Positions 45,891-55,318 of a stretch of 64,000 nucleotides of DNA are shown piece after piece. A program made the position numbers and the translations under genes. The stretch's first letter is position 1; the number at the start of each line of letters is the position of its first letter. The notes beneath the pieces were generated by a model that saw only the letters and a program-made list of their open reading frames with translations, searched no databases and had not been told where the DNA came from. Source of the DNA: an uncultured delta proteobacterium (lineage in GTDB: Bacteria; Desulfobacterota; Binatia; Binatales; Binataceae); NCBI GenBank assembly GCA_963711565.1, contig CAVQEQ010000004.1, positions 1,184,001 to 1,248,000 of the forward strand, read 5' to 3'.

Positions 45891-46643
45891 TCAGCGGAAT
45901 AAATCGGCCTCGGCCGGACGAATCAATATCTTCGCGCTGCCTTCGAATGGTTCGTATTGGTATCCGCGCACGACGACCGCCGGAATGGCGCCCGCTTTTT
46001 CCATGAGCAGTCCGGCGGCGGATGCGATCTCGTCGGCGATCGCGACGACGGTGTGATGCAATTCGCGGCCGCCCAAGTCAGTGGTGCCGCGCAAGTCGAG
46101 GATGGCATTCATGCCCGCGATGCCCAGGCAGATTTCCGTGAGGCCGTCGCGCCACGGACGTCCGAAGGTGTCGGTGATCAGCACGGCGACCGTGACGCCG
46201 AGGCGGCGGCGAATCTCGTCGCGCAAGCGGCGCGCCGACGCGTCGGGATCTTCGGGCAGCAGTATCGCGCGCTCGTCCTCGAGGCTGTTGGATTCATCGA
46301 CGCCGGCGTTGGCGCAGACCCACCCGGGTCCGGTCTCGACGATCATCACGCCGCGATCGTTGCGCACGATTCGGCTGGTCTGGCGCAGCACGATTTCGAT
46401 CGCGCGCGGGTCTTTCTCCCATCGCTTGGCGTAGGCCTTGGCGAATTCGGACGGCTCGAAATCCTTGAAGTTCACGACGCGGCCTTCCGCCTTCGAGACT
46501 ACCTTCTGGCATACGACGAGAATATCGCCGCCTGCGAGCTTGAAGCCGGTGTCGTCGAGTCCCTTGACGATCAGCGCGGCGAGATCGTCGCCCGCCTTGA
46601 TCATCGGGATGCCCTCGACCGCTGTGAGACTTATCGTGCGCAT
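45891..46643 (-). CDS. cofE: coenzyme F420-0:L-glutamate ligase
   Basis: KVVSKAEG, ANAGVDESN, LLPEDPD.SA, DTFGRPWR. Confidence 0.95.
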   Translation of the reverse strand: MRTISLTAVEGIPMIKAGDDLAALIVKGLDDTGFKLAGGDILVVCQKVVSKAEGRVVNFKDFEPSEFAKAYAKRWEKDPRAIEIVLRQTSRIVRNDRGVMIVETGPGWVCANAGVDESNSLEDERAILLPEDPDASARRLRDEIRRRLGVTVAVLITDTFGRPWRDGLTEICLGIAGMNAILDLRGTTDLGGRELHHTVVAIADEIASAAGLLMEKAGAIPAVVVRGYQYEPFEGSAKILIRPAEADLFR

Positions 46644-46659
46644 CGGCGGCACCAGAGTA

Positions 46660-47625
46660 CTACACCTGTAGCCCTTGCAGAACCACTTTTGCCAGCGCTG
46701 CGGCACGCTCGGGAGTGGTCATGATCGTGTCGGTCGCAACCGCGCGCATCCCAAGTCGCTCGATCGGTTCGACGTAGCTGCTGTCGGCGTTGTCGAGAAC
46801 GAACAGCCCGACGATGTCGCGATACAGTCGCGCGACTCCGAGCGGCGAGACTTCCATCCCCAGGCCGCGCAGCATTTTGTCGGCGGGACCTTTGATCGTC
46901 TTGCCGCCGACAATCGGGCTGATGGCCGCGACGCGCGATTTCACTTTTCGCAAAGCCTCGCGCACGCCCTTCAATTGCAAAATCGGCCCGAGCGAGACGA
47001 ACGGATTCGACGGCGCGAGGATGACCGCGTCGGATTTGCGAATCGCGTCGAGCACCGCCGGAGTAGGGCGCGCATCGGCGATTCCGCGCAGCTCGATCTG
47101 CTCGACGCCGCCGCGCGCGCGTCCGCGCACGAAATATTCCTGGAACGGTATTGCTTGACGCCCGCGCAGTTTCACGAAAGTTCGCACTCGATCGTCGCTC
47201 ATCGGCAGGATCTTCGACTTGACTGCAAAGGCGTCCGCGATTTCCGCGGTGATTCGAGTGAGCGATGCGCCCTGACGCATCCGCTCGGTGCGATATAGAT
47301 GAGTGGCGAGGTCGCGATCGCCGAGTCCGAACCACGGCTTGCCGTAGAAGCGCTCGAGGGCCGGCAGCACGTTGAACGACTCGCCTTCGAGGCCCCAGCC
47401 CTGTGCGCGATTCACCGCGCCCGCGAGCGTGTAGGTGACGGTGTCGATATCGGGCGAGACGTGCAGCCCGTAAAATTCTTCGTCGTCGCCGGTGTTGACG
47501 ACGACCGTCAGCCGCGCGGGATCGATTCGCCGGACGAGTCCCCGGATGAACTTAGCCGCACCCACTCCCCCCGCTAGCGTGGTTATCTGCCGACGTGGGA
47601 GGGATCGCGATTGGCCGCGCGCCAT
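46660..47625 (-). CDS. cofD: 2-phospho-L-lactate transferase
   Basis: LAGGVGAAKF, NTGDD, SPDIDT, LGDRD, PSNPFVS. Confidence 0.95.
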   Translation of the reverse strand: MARGQSRSLPRRQITTLAGGVGAAKFIRGLVRRIDPARLTVVVNTGDDEEFYGLHVSPDIDTVTYTLAGAVNRAQGWGLEGESFNVLPALERFYGKPWFGLGDRDLATHLYRTERMRQGASLTRITAEIADAFAVKSKILPMSDDRVRTFVKLRGRQAIPFQEYFVRGRARGGVEQIELRGIADARPTPAVLDAIRKSDAVILAPSNPFVSLGPILQLKGVREALRKVKSRVAAISPIVGGKTIKGPADKMLRGLGMEVSPLGVARLYRDIVGLFVLDNADSSYVEPIERLGMRAVATDTIMTTPERAAALAKVVLQGLQV

Positions 47626-48802
47626 TGGGTGCCTTTTTTCCGTAGAGCTTTTTGTAGAGCGTGCTGCGTTCGACCGCGACGCGGCCCATCTCGCGCGCCT
47701 TGTCCTCGAACACGTCGACCGGGATGAACTCGCCCGAGTCGCCGGCCTGCGCCGTGATGCTTTCCTCCATCAAGGTGCCCGACAGATCGTTGCATCCGGC
47801 CTTGAGCGTGAGCGCCGCGAGATCGATGCCGCACTTCACCCACGACGTTTGTATATTGTCGATCTGCCCGCGCAGGAACAGGCGCGAGACGGCGTACATC
47901 TGGAAATCAAGCTGCCCGCGATCGACCGGCGACACGAGTCCCTTGCGATAGAGCATCGTGTTCTGATGGATAAAGCGCAGCGGCACGAACTCGGTGAAGC
48001 CATGCGTCTGTTTCTGGATCGTGCGCAGCAGATCGAGATGATTCACTACATGCTGCGGACTCTCGACGTGGCCGTACATCACAGTTGAGGTCGTCGGTAC
48101 GCCGACCGCGTGCGCCGTAGTGATTATCTCGACCCACGCGGCGACGTTGACTTTCTTGTGACTCAGGATCTCGCGCACGCCGTCGTCGAGGATTTCCGCC
48201 GCCGTCCCCGGAATCGATCCGAGCCCGTGCTCCTTGAGCATCGTGATGTATTCCGGATAGTCCATCCGCACGCGCTTGGCGCCGTACATTATTTCCATCG
48301 GCGAGAACGCGTGGATGTGAATCTCGGGGAACGCGCGCTTCATCGCGTCGAGCAGGTCGCGATACTTGAACGGCGGCATGTCGGGGTTGATGCCGCCCTG
48401 CATGCAAATCTCCGTCGCTCCGCGCGCGACCGCGTCGGCAACTTTGCGCACGATCGTTTCGTCGGAATGGTCGTAAGCGTCGGCCTCCCAGCGCTGCCGC
48501 TTGAAGCCGCAGAACTGGCATCCCACGAAACAGATATTGGTGAAGTTGATATTGCGATTGACGACGTAGGTGACTTCGTCGCCGATATCCTCGGCGCGCG
48601 CGAGGTCCGCGCATTTCACCGTCGCGCGCAGGTCGTCGCCCTCCGACGTGTAGAGCAGCAGGCCTTCCTCGGGCGTCAGCTCTTTTTTCAGGAGAGCGTG
48701 TTCGAGCGCGGTGCGCACCGCGGGCGATGACCGGCCGAGCAAAGCCTCGACGGGGGTCGCCTCGATTTCATCGACGTAAGTGCGCCAGTACTCCAGGTTC
48801 AT
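47552..48802 (-). CDS. cofH: FO synthase subunit CofH (radical SAM)
   Basis: NRNINFTNICFVGCQFCGF, PGTAAEIL, GTLMEESI. Confidence 0.93.
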   Translation of the reverse strand: MNLEYWRTYVDEIEATPVEALLGRSSPAVRTALEHALLKKELTPEEGLLLYTSEGDDLRATVKCADLARAEDIGDEVTYVVNRNINFTNICFVGCQFCGFKRQRWEADAYDHSDETIVRKVADAVARGATEICMQGGINPDMPPFKYRDLLDAMKRAFPEIHIHAFSPMEIMYGAKRVRMDYPEYITMLKEHGLGSIPGTAAEILDDGVREILSHKKVNVAAWVEIITTAHAVGVPTTSTVMYGHVESPQHVVNHLDLLRTIQKQTHGFTEFVPLRFIHQNTMLYRKGLVSPVDRGQLDFQMYAVSRLFLRGQIDNIQTSWVKCGIDLAALTLKAGCNDLSGTLMEESITAQAGDSGEFIPVDVFEDKAREMGRVAVERSTLYKKLYGKKAPNGARPIAIPPTSADNHASGGSGCG

Positions 48803-49998
48803 GATTGGCCTCCGACAGGTCGATCCCATATCGCGCGCACTTTAGTCGCGACCGCCGGGTCGAGCCATTCATCATTGATGTATTCGTTGTAAATTGCGAG
48901 CCTTTCACCGAGCGTGAAACCGGCGCGCGCGCATTGCTCGCCGAGCCGATCGAGATGCGGCCACGGCGCTTCGGGATTCACGTAGTCCTTGCTGAGCGGC
49001 GAAATCCCGCCCCAGTCGTTGATTCCCGCATTCAGGAACAACTCGATCTGGCGCGGCGACAAGTTCGGCGGCGCCTGCACGTTCATCGACGGCCCGAGCA
49101 CGAGGCGCGCAGTCGCGATCGCGCGCGCCATGTCGTAGGCGTCGGGCTCCGGCGCGTCGGCCATCGCGATCTCAGGCTTGGCGCGAAAATTCTGGATAAT
49201 CACTTCCTGGATATGACCGTGACGCTCGTGCGTGTCGCGAATCGCCGTCAGGCTCAGCGCGCGTTCGGCCGGAGTCTCGCCGATACCGAGCAGGATTCCA
49301 GTCGTGAACGGAATCCGCAGCGCGCCGGCGTCATCTATCATCTTGATCCGCAGCGCGGGGTCTTTGTCGGGCGCCGCCTGATGCACTCCGCCGCGCGCAC
49401 GCAATCGCGGCGAGATATTTTCGAGCATCAGGCCCATGCTCGCGTTGAGCGGACGCAGCGCGCGCATTTCATCCGAGGTCATCAGCCCGGCATTAGTATG
49501 CGGCAGCAGTCCCTCGGCGAGCGCGATCTCGCACGCACGGCCGACGTATTCAATCGTCGTGCGGACGCCGAGCGTCGCTAGCGTGTCGCGATATGTTTTG
49601 AATGCGACCTCCGGCTTGTCGCCCAGGCACATCAGCGCCTCTTTGCATCCGAGCTCGGCGCCGCGCCGCGACCACAGCGCAATCTCGTCCGGCATCATCG
49701 TCCACGCACCGGGGTCGCCGGGATCCTTGCGAAACGTGCAGTAGGTGCACCGGTCGCGGCAGAGATTGGTGACGGGCAGGAAAACCTTGCGCGAGTATGT
49801 GACATCGCGCCCCTTGCCGCGATCGCGCAGCTCAGCCGCCGCCGAGAGCATCGCGTCGATGTCGCCGTCGGGACATTCGATCAGCGCGACCGCGTCCGCA
49901 TCGCTCAAACGCGCACCTGCCAGGGCTCGATCGAGGATATCGCGAATCGGCGCGCGGTCGCGCTGCTCCGAAGCGAGCGATGAATTTAGCGACGGCAT
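48799..49998 (-). CDS. cofG: FO synthase subunit CofG (radical SAM)
   Basis: TYSRKVFLPVTNLCRDRCTYCTF, QAPPNL, DWGGISP...VNPEAPWP. Confidence 0.94.
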   Translation of the reverse strand: MPSLNSSLASEQRDRAPIRDILDRALAGARLSDADAVALIECPDGDIDAMLSAAAELRDRGKGRDVTYSRKVFLPVTNLCRDRCTYCTFRKDPGDPGAWTMMPDEIALWSRRGAELGCKEALMCLGDKPEVAFKTYRDTLATLGVRTTIEYVGRACEIALAEGLLPHTNAGLMTSDEMRALRPLNASMGLMLENISPRLRARGGVHQAAPDKDPALRIKMIDDAGALRIPFTTGILLGIGETPAERALSLTAIRDTHERHGHIQEVIIQNFRAKPEIAMADAPEPDAYDMARAIATARLVLGPSMNVQAPPNLSPRQIELFLNAGINDWGGISPLSKDYVNPEAPWPHLDRLGEQCARAGFTLGERLAIYNEYINDEWLDPAVATKVRAIWDRPVGGQS

Positions 49999-50192
49999 CA
50001 ATCGCGTTTATAAGACATCAGGTTCGGGGAGGCAACCTAGTTGCAAAACAAAACTGGCATTCAAGGGTCCGGGGCTCGGCGCATGAATTTTTCGATTTTC
50101 TCAAAAAAAGTTGTAACCAAATTGCGCCGCGAACGTACAGATAGCGAGCTTGGCTGAGATTCTCTCCCCCCCGGGGTTTTTCCAGTCGGCTT

Positions 50193-50233
50193 CGGGCCAG
50201 CGATGGGGACCCCTCCTCGCTGGTCCGTTCTTT
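50193..50233 (+). terminator. terminator-like hairpin, possible 3' end of a small RNA
   Basis: cgggccagcga...tcgctggtccg 11-bp stem followed by ttcttt. Confidence 0.5.
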
Positions 50234-50248
50234 ATTGCCGTGGGGCCT

Positions 50249-50371
50249 CTAAATTCCGGAAAAGTAGATAAGAACGGCGGCCAGAACGGCCGCGACTATG
50301 AAGATCGGCACGTAGTGGCTCTCTTCGACCTTCGGCCACCACGGGAACCACGGAAACGGGTTCGTCTTCAC
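50249..50371 (-). CDS. 40-aa single-TM small protein (not in the ORF track)
   Basis: GTG..TAG: MKTNPFPWFPWWPKVEESHYVPIFIVAAVLAAVLIYFSGI; purine-rich upstream sequence. Confidence 0.5.
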   Translation of the reverse strand: MKTNPFPWFPWWPKVEESHYVPIFIVAAVLAAVLIYFSGI

Positions 50372-50423
50372 TCTTCAACCTTACTCTTCGACTGTTTGAT
50401 GCGCGAATTCCGGTGGCCATACT

Positions 50424-50499
50424 GTGGCACAGGCTTCAGCCTGTGATTTCTGGTCTGCAAAAATCCAGGCCGAGGACCACAGGCTAAAGCCTGTGCCAC
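50424..50499. repeat. inverted REP doublet (REPIN-like)
   Basis: gtggcacaggcttcagcctgtg ... cacaggctaaagcctgtgccac; each unit is itself a hairpin. Confidence 0.8.
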
Positions 50500-50524
50500 T
50501 GGAGCACACATCATGATGCCGTCT

Positions 50525-50616
50525 TTGTGTCATTCAGAGCCGCTGCGGCGAAGAATCCCGGCGCAGTTGAAGCGAGCACCCATCGGGGATTCTTCGCTCC
50601 GCTCTGAATGACACAA
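50525..50616. repeat. second family of palindromic intergenic repeat (MITE/REP-like)
   Basis: ttgtgtcattcagagc..gcgaagaatccc ... gggattcttcgc..gctctgaatgacacaa long inverted repeat. Confidence 0.8.
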
Positions 50617-50669
50617 TGGCGTAGGAACGCAATGATAAGATTTCGTGAGAAGGTGAAGGAGTCCCCCCG

Positions 50670-51596
50670 ATGACACCGACCGCCGATCCGCTCGTTCACA
50701 CCTACTCGATTGTCGCGCGCGACCCCGCCACCGGCCAGCTCGGCGTCGCCGTCCAGTCGCATTACTTCTCCGTCGGCTCGGTCGTCACGTGGGCGGAGGC
50801 GGGCGTTGGCGCGGTCGCATCGCAAGCGATGGCCGATCCTGCGTACGGCAAACTCGGGCTCGATCTGATGCGCGCCCGGAAGAGCGCGCCTGACGCGCTC
50901 GCCGGTCTGCTCGCCGCCGATCCTATGAGAGAAGTTCGGCAGGTCGCGATGGTCGATCCGCTGGGCCGAGTCGCCGCTCACACCGGCTCGTCGACGATTC
51001 CCGAAGCTGGACACATCGTCGGCGACGGATTTTCCGTGCAGGCCAACATGATGCTCAAGAACATGGTCTGGCCCGCGATGGCCGAGGCGTACCGCAGTGC
51101 GAAAGGCGATCTCGTCGATCGATTCCTCGCGGCACTCGATGCGGCCGAAGCTGAAGGAGGCGATATTCGCGGGCGTCAATCGGCCGCCATCTTGATCGTC
51201 AACGCGAAGAGCACCGGCCGTCCGTGGATCGACACCATCTTCGATCTTCGCGTTAACGACGCACCCGAGCCGCTGGTCGAGATTCGCCGCCTCGTGGCAG
51301 TCCGCCGCGCCTTCATTCACATGCGCCTCGGCAACGAAGCTGCGGGACGGGGCGATCTGGAAGCCGCCGAGCGCGAGTTCACCGCCGCCGAGCGGCTTAT
51401 CGGTGACAATCTCGAAATGCGCTACTGGCACGGGATAGCGTTGCTAGGTCTCGGCAAGATAGACGATGGCCTCGCAATACTGCGCGAGGTCGGTAGTCGC
51501 GATCGCAACTGGATCGAGCTCACCTTGCGGCTGCCCAGCACGCTGTTCGGGAGCGACGCATCATTGAAAGACCGCGTCGCGAAACTGCTGGGATGA
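50670..51596 (+). CDS. DUF1028 (Ntn-hydrolase-like) protein with C-terminal TPR-like helices
   Basis: TYSIVARDP.TGQLGVAVQS, GGDIRGRQSAA, DLRVND. Confidence 0.9.
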   Translation: MTPTADPLVHTYSIVARDPATGQLGVAVQSHYFSVGSVVTWAEAGVGAVASQAMADPAYGKLGLDLMRARKSAPDALAGLLAADPMREVRQVAMVDPLGRVAAHTGSSTIPEAGHIVGDGFSVQANMMLKNMVWPAMAEAYRSAKGDLVDRFLAALDAAEAEGGDIRGRQSAAILIVNAKSTGRPWIDTIFDLRVNDAPEPLVEIRRLVAVRRAFIHMRLGNEAAGRGDLEAAEREFTAAERLIGDNLEMRYWHGIALLGLGKIDDGLAILREVGSRDRNWIELTLRLPSTLFGSDASLKDRVAKLLG

Positions 51597-51683
51597 CTGT
51601 CGCATTGGAGACAAAACCGTTTTGCCCCGTTCGTCCGCAGGGACTAATCTGAGCGGGATAGGCGAACCCGGAGTACACCCAAG

Positions 51684-52727
51684 ATGCCCGAAACCAATGT
51701 TGCGCGCGACGCCGCCGAACCCGCTCCGCGCGTCGAGTACGAGCTGCAACTCTACTACTGGATGAAGCTGATTCGCGCGTTCGAGGAGCGCGTCTCGCGG
51801 CTGCATCGCCAGAACAAAATCTTCGGCGGCGTTTACTCCGGCGCCGGCCAGGAGGCGATCGTCACCGGCATCTGCGCGCCCCTGCACGACGGCGACTTCG
51901 TTGCGCCGCTCCATCGCGACCTGGGCGTGTTCATCATGCGCGGCGTCGATCCGGGCCGCCTGATGGCGCAGTTGATGGGCAAGGAGACCGGGCTCTCGCG
52001 CGGCAAGGATTCGTTCCTGCACGGCGGCGATTTGGAGCACGGGGTGTTCGGCTCGACCTCGATGCTTGGTTCGTCGCTGCCAGTCGCGGTCGGCGCGGCG
52101 CTCAAATTCAAAATGAAAAAGAATCCCAACGTCGCGGTCGCCTTCTTCGGCGAGGGCGCGTCCTCGCGCGGCGACGTGCACGAGGCGATGAACTTTGCCG
52201 GCGTGCGCAAGCTGCCCGTGGTCTTCGTCTGCGAGAACAACCGCTACGCCTATTCGACCCCGCTCGAAAAGCAGATGGCGATCGAGGACGTCGCCGACCG
52301 CGCGGTGGCCTACGGCTTCAAGGGCCACGTGTGCTCGGGCAACGATCTGCTCGCGGTGCTCGAGTTGAGCGAGCGCATGATCGCAAAGACGCGCGCCGGC
52401 GAGGGTCCGGTGCTGATCGAATGCAAGACCTATCGCTACCGCGGCCACAGCGAGCACGACGCGGCGCTCTACCGCGACCAGGAAGAGCTGATCGAATGGC
52501 AGAGCCGCGACCCGATTCCCCGTTTCGAGTTCTATCTCGAAAAGAAAGGCCACGACATCAAGCGCATCCGCGAGCAGATCGACGAGCGCGTCAACAAGAC
52601 CGTCCAGGCCGCGGTGGATTTCGGCGAAAGCAGTCCGCTGCCAGAACCTCAAGAAGCACTTGAAGATATTTACGCACCCTCCGGCGCGCCGGCTTCCACC
52701 AATTCCTCGTCGAACGGCAACCGCTGA
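51684..52727 (+). CDS. 2-oxoacid dehydrogenase E1 alpha subunit
   Basis: GQEA, FFGEGASSRGDVHEAMN..ENN, YRYRGHSEHD. Confidence 0.94.
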   Translation: MPETNVARDAAEPAPRVEYELQLYYWMKLIRAFEERVSRLHRQNKIFGGVYSGAGQEAIVTGICAPLHDGDFVAPLHRDLGVFIMRGVDPGRLMAQLMGKETGLSRGKDSFLHGGDLEHGVFGSTSMLGSSLPVAVGAALKFKMKKNPNVAVAFFGEGASSRGDVHEAMNFAGVRKLPVVFVCENNRYAYSTPLEKQMAIEDVADRAVAYGFKGHVCSGNDLLAVLELSERMIAKTRAGEGPVLIECKTYRYRGHSEHDAALYRDQEELIEWQSRDPIPRFEFYLEKKGHDIKRIREQIDERVNKTVQAAVDFGESSPLPEPQEALEDIYAPSGAPASTNSSSNGNR

Positions 52728-53707
52728 TGGAAGTCACTTACATCAAGGCGATAAATTCCGCCCTGCATGAAGAGATGCGCCGCGACGACAATGTCTTCGT
52801 CATGGGCGAGGACGTCGCCGACCTGGGCGGCGCGTTCAAGGCGACCGAAGGACTCCTCGACGCGTTCGGCGAGGAGCGCGTCATCGACACGCCTATCTCC
52901 GAGGCGCTGATCGTCGGCGCGGGCATCGGCGCGGCGATCCTCGGGATGCGTCCCGTAGTCGAGATGCAGTTCGCCGATTTCATTTCGTGCGGCTTCGATC
53001 AGATCGTCAACACCGCGGCGACGTTACGCTACCGCCACGGCGGCAAGGCCTCGTGTCCGCTGGTGATTCGCGCGCCGTCGGGCGCGGGCGTTCATGGCGC
53101 GCTGTTCCATTCGCAAAATCCCGAAGCGTGGTTCACCCGAGTGCCCGGCCTCAAGGTGGTCGCGCCGGCGACGCCCTACGACGCGAAGGGAATTTTGAAG
53201 AGCGCGATTCGCGACGGCAACCCGGTCGTGTACTTCGAGCACAAGCGGCTCTACCGCAGTATCAAGGAAGACCTGCCCGAGGGCGATTTCACCGTGCCGA
53301 TCGGCGTCGCGGAAATTCGCAAGGAAGGGGGCGACCTGTCGATCATCACCTACGGCGGCACGCTCGGGCAGTCGCTCGACGCCGCGCGAATCGTGGAGAA
53401 GGAGGACGGGCTCGCAGTCGAGGTGCTCGACTTGCGCACTCTCCTGCCGCTCGATCGCGAGGCGATACTCACCACCGCGCGCAAGACCGGCAAGGTGCTG
53501 GTGGTGCACGAGGATCGTCTCACCGGCGGAATCGGCGGCGAGGTTTCCGCGATCATCATGGAGAACGCGTTCGAATTTCTCGACGGCCCCGTGCGCCGCA
53601 TCGCGGCCGCCGACTCGCACGTCGCCTTCAGCACGCCGCTCGAGGACTTCATCCTGCCGAGCACCAACAAAATCGTGGACGCGATCCGCAGCCTGGCGGC
53701 CTACTGA
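52727..53707 (+). CDS. 2-oxoacid dehydrogenase E1 beta subunit
   Basis: [37 protein letters not shown]. Confidence 0.95.
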   Translation: MEVTYIKAINSALHEEMRRDDNVFVMGEDVADLGGAFKATEGLLDAFGEERVIDTPISEALIVGAGIGAAILGMRPVVEMQFADFISCGFDQIVNTAATLRYRHGGKASCPLVIRAPSGAGVHGALFHSQNPEAWFTRVPGLKVVAPATPYDAKGILKSAIRDGNPVVYFEHKRLYRSIKEDLPEGDFTVPIGVAEIRKEGGDLSIITYGGTLGQSLDAARIVEKEDGLAVEVLDLRTLLPLDREAILTTARKTGKVLVVHEDRLTGGIGGEVSAIIMENAFEFLDGPVRRIAAADSHVAFSTPLEDFILPSTNKIVDAIRSLAAY

Positions 53708-53708
53708 A

Positions 53709-55095
53709 ATGGCGATCGACGTAACGATGCCGCAGATGGGCGAGAGTGTCGTTGAAGGCACGATCGCGAAGTGGCTGGTCAAGGAAGGCGACGTCGTCGT
53801 CGAAGATCAGCCGCTCGTTGAAATCTCAACCGACAAGGTCGATACCGAGATTCCGTCGCCGGGCGCCGGGCGTATCGCGAAGATTGTCGCGGCGGAAGGA
53901 CAGACGTTGCCGGTCGGCGCGACGCTCGCGGTGATCGAGCCGGCGCGCCGAGGCCCCTGCGAAGCTAAAGGTCGTCGCGCCGAAAGCAGGGCCGAAGCCG
54001 GAGCCTGCGCCAGTGCAGGTAAAGCCGGTCGCACCGCCGCTGCAGCCCGCGCCGTCGCCTCAGCTTCTACAAGCGGCGGGGGCCGGACTCCGTGAAGCTG
54101 AACCCGACGCGGGCGGTCCGCGACGATTTTCTCCCGTCGTGCTGAAGATCGCCGCGGAAGAGGGCATCGATCTGAGTCGCGTCCCCGGAACGGGAATCGG
54201 CGGACGCGTCAGCAAGCGCGACCTGCAACGCTATCTCGATACGCTGCGCAAGGGCGGAGCGCCTGCCGCAGCGCCGCCTGCCACAAACGGAGTCGCGCAG
54301 AGCAGTTCACGTCCTGCGACGACTGCTGCCGCGACCGCGCCAGCGCCGGCGCAATCGGGTCTGGGTTTCAAGCCGCCCCTCTATCAGCCCGTCGCGGGCG
54401 ACATCGTCGAGCCGTTCACGCGCCGGCGCAAGCTCATCGCCGAGCACATGGTGTACTCGAAGACGCATTCGCCGCACGTCGGCACCGTCGCGGAAGTTGA
54501 CCTCACCAATGCGATGCGGCTGCGCGAGAAACATAAAGACGAGTTCGCCCGCCGCGAAGGATTCAATCTCACGTTCCTGCCGCTCGCAGCCGCCGCGACA
54601 GTTCGCGCGCTCAAGGAGTTCCCGCGGATGAACGCGTCTGTCGTCGGCGACTCCGTCGTGACGCGCCGCGAAATCAATCTCGGCATCGCGATGGATACCG
54701 ACGAGGGCCTGCTGGTCCCGGTGATCAAGGCGGCCGAGGGCATGTCGGTGGTCGGGATTGCGCGCGCGATCGAAACTCTGCGCCGCAAAGTCGCCGAGAA
54801 GAAAATCACCGCCGACGATCTCGCGGGTGGCAGCTTCACGCTCTCGAATCCCGGACGCGAGGGCAATCTCTACGGCTTCGCGATCATCAATCAGCCGCAA
54901 GTCGGCATCCTGCGGATGGGCGAGGTGAAGAAGCGGCCGGTGGTCGTCGAAGTTGACGGCGCCGACGCGCTCGCGATCCGCACCATGATGTACCTGGCGC
55001 TCTCCTACGACCATCGCGTCGTCAACGGCGTGCTGGGCAACAGCTTCCTCTACCGCACCGCCCGCATCCTCGAAGAATCCGACTTCGAGTTGTAG
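53709..55095 (+). CDS. dihydrolipoamide acyltransferase E2, frameshift near 53945
   Basis: Lipoyl domain [14 protein letters not shown] (53709 frame); E3-binding [12 protein letters not shown] and catalytic SYDHRVVNG (54013 frame). Confidence 0.92.
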
Positions 55096-55318
55096 AAGAA
55101 AAGCGCGGTGGCCCGGAATCCATTCGCAGCCATGCACCTCTCAACTCCGTCCCGCGACTTCCGAATGGCCGTTTAGAATAGACTAAAGCGCGATATCAGC
55201 AGCGTGTATCGTTGATGCGTGTTGACCACTTGTTGTACGCTTCGGGGCGTCGGTCGCCGCCAAAGAGAACTTCTGTGGGGATTGAGGGCGCTTGAATGTT
55301 GCTGACGAGGGCGCACAA

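Noticed and set aside
47552-47625. 74-bp cofH/cofD overlap as a special feature
   Set aside because: Low-complexity cofH tail and uncertain cofD start; could also be a homopolymer error
50424-50616. CRISPR array
   Set aside because: Repeats are inverted pairs, not direct repeats with spacers; no cas genes
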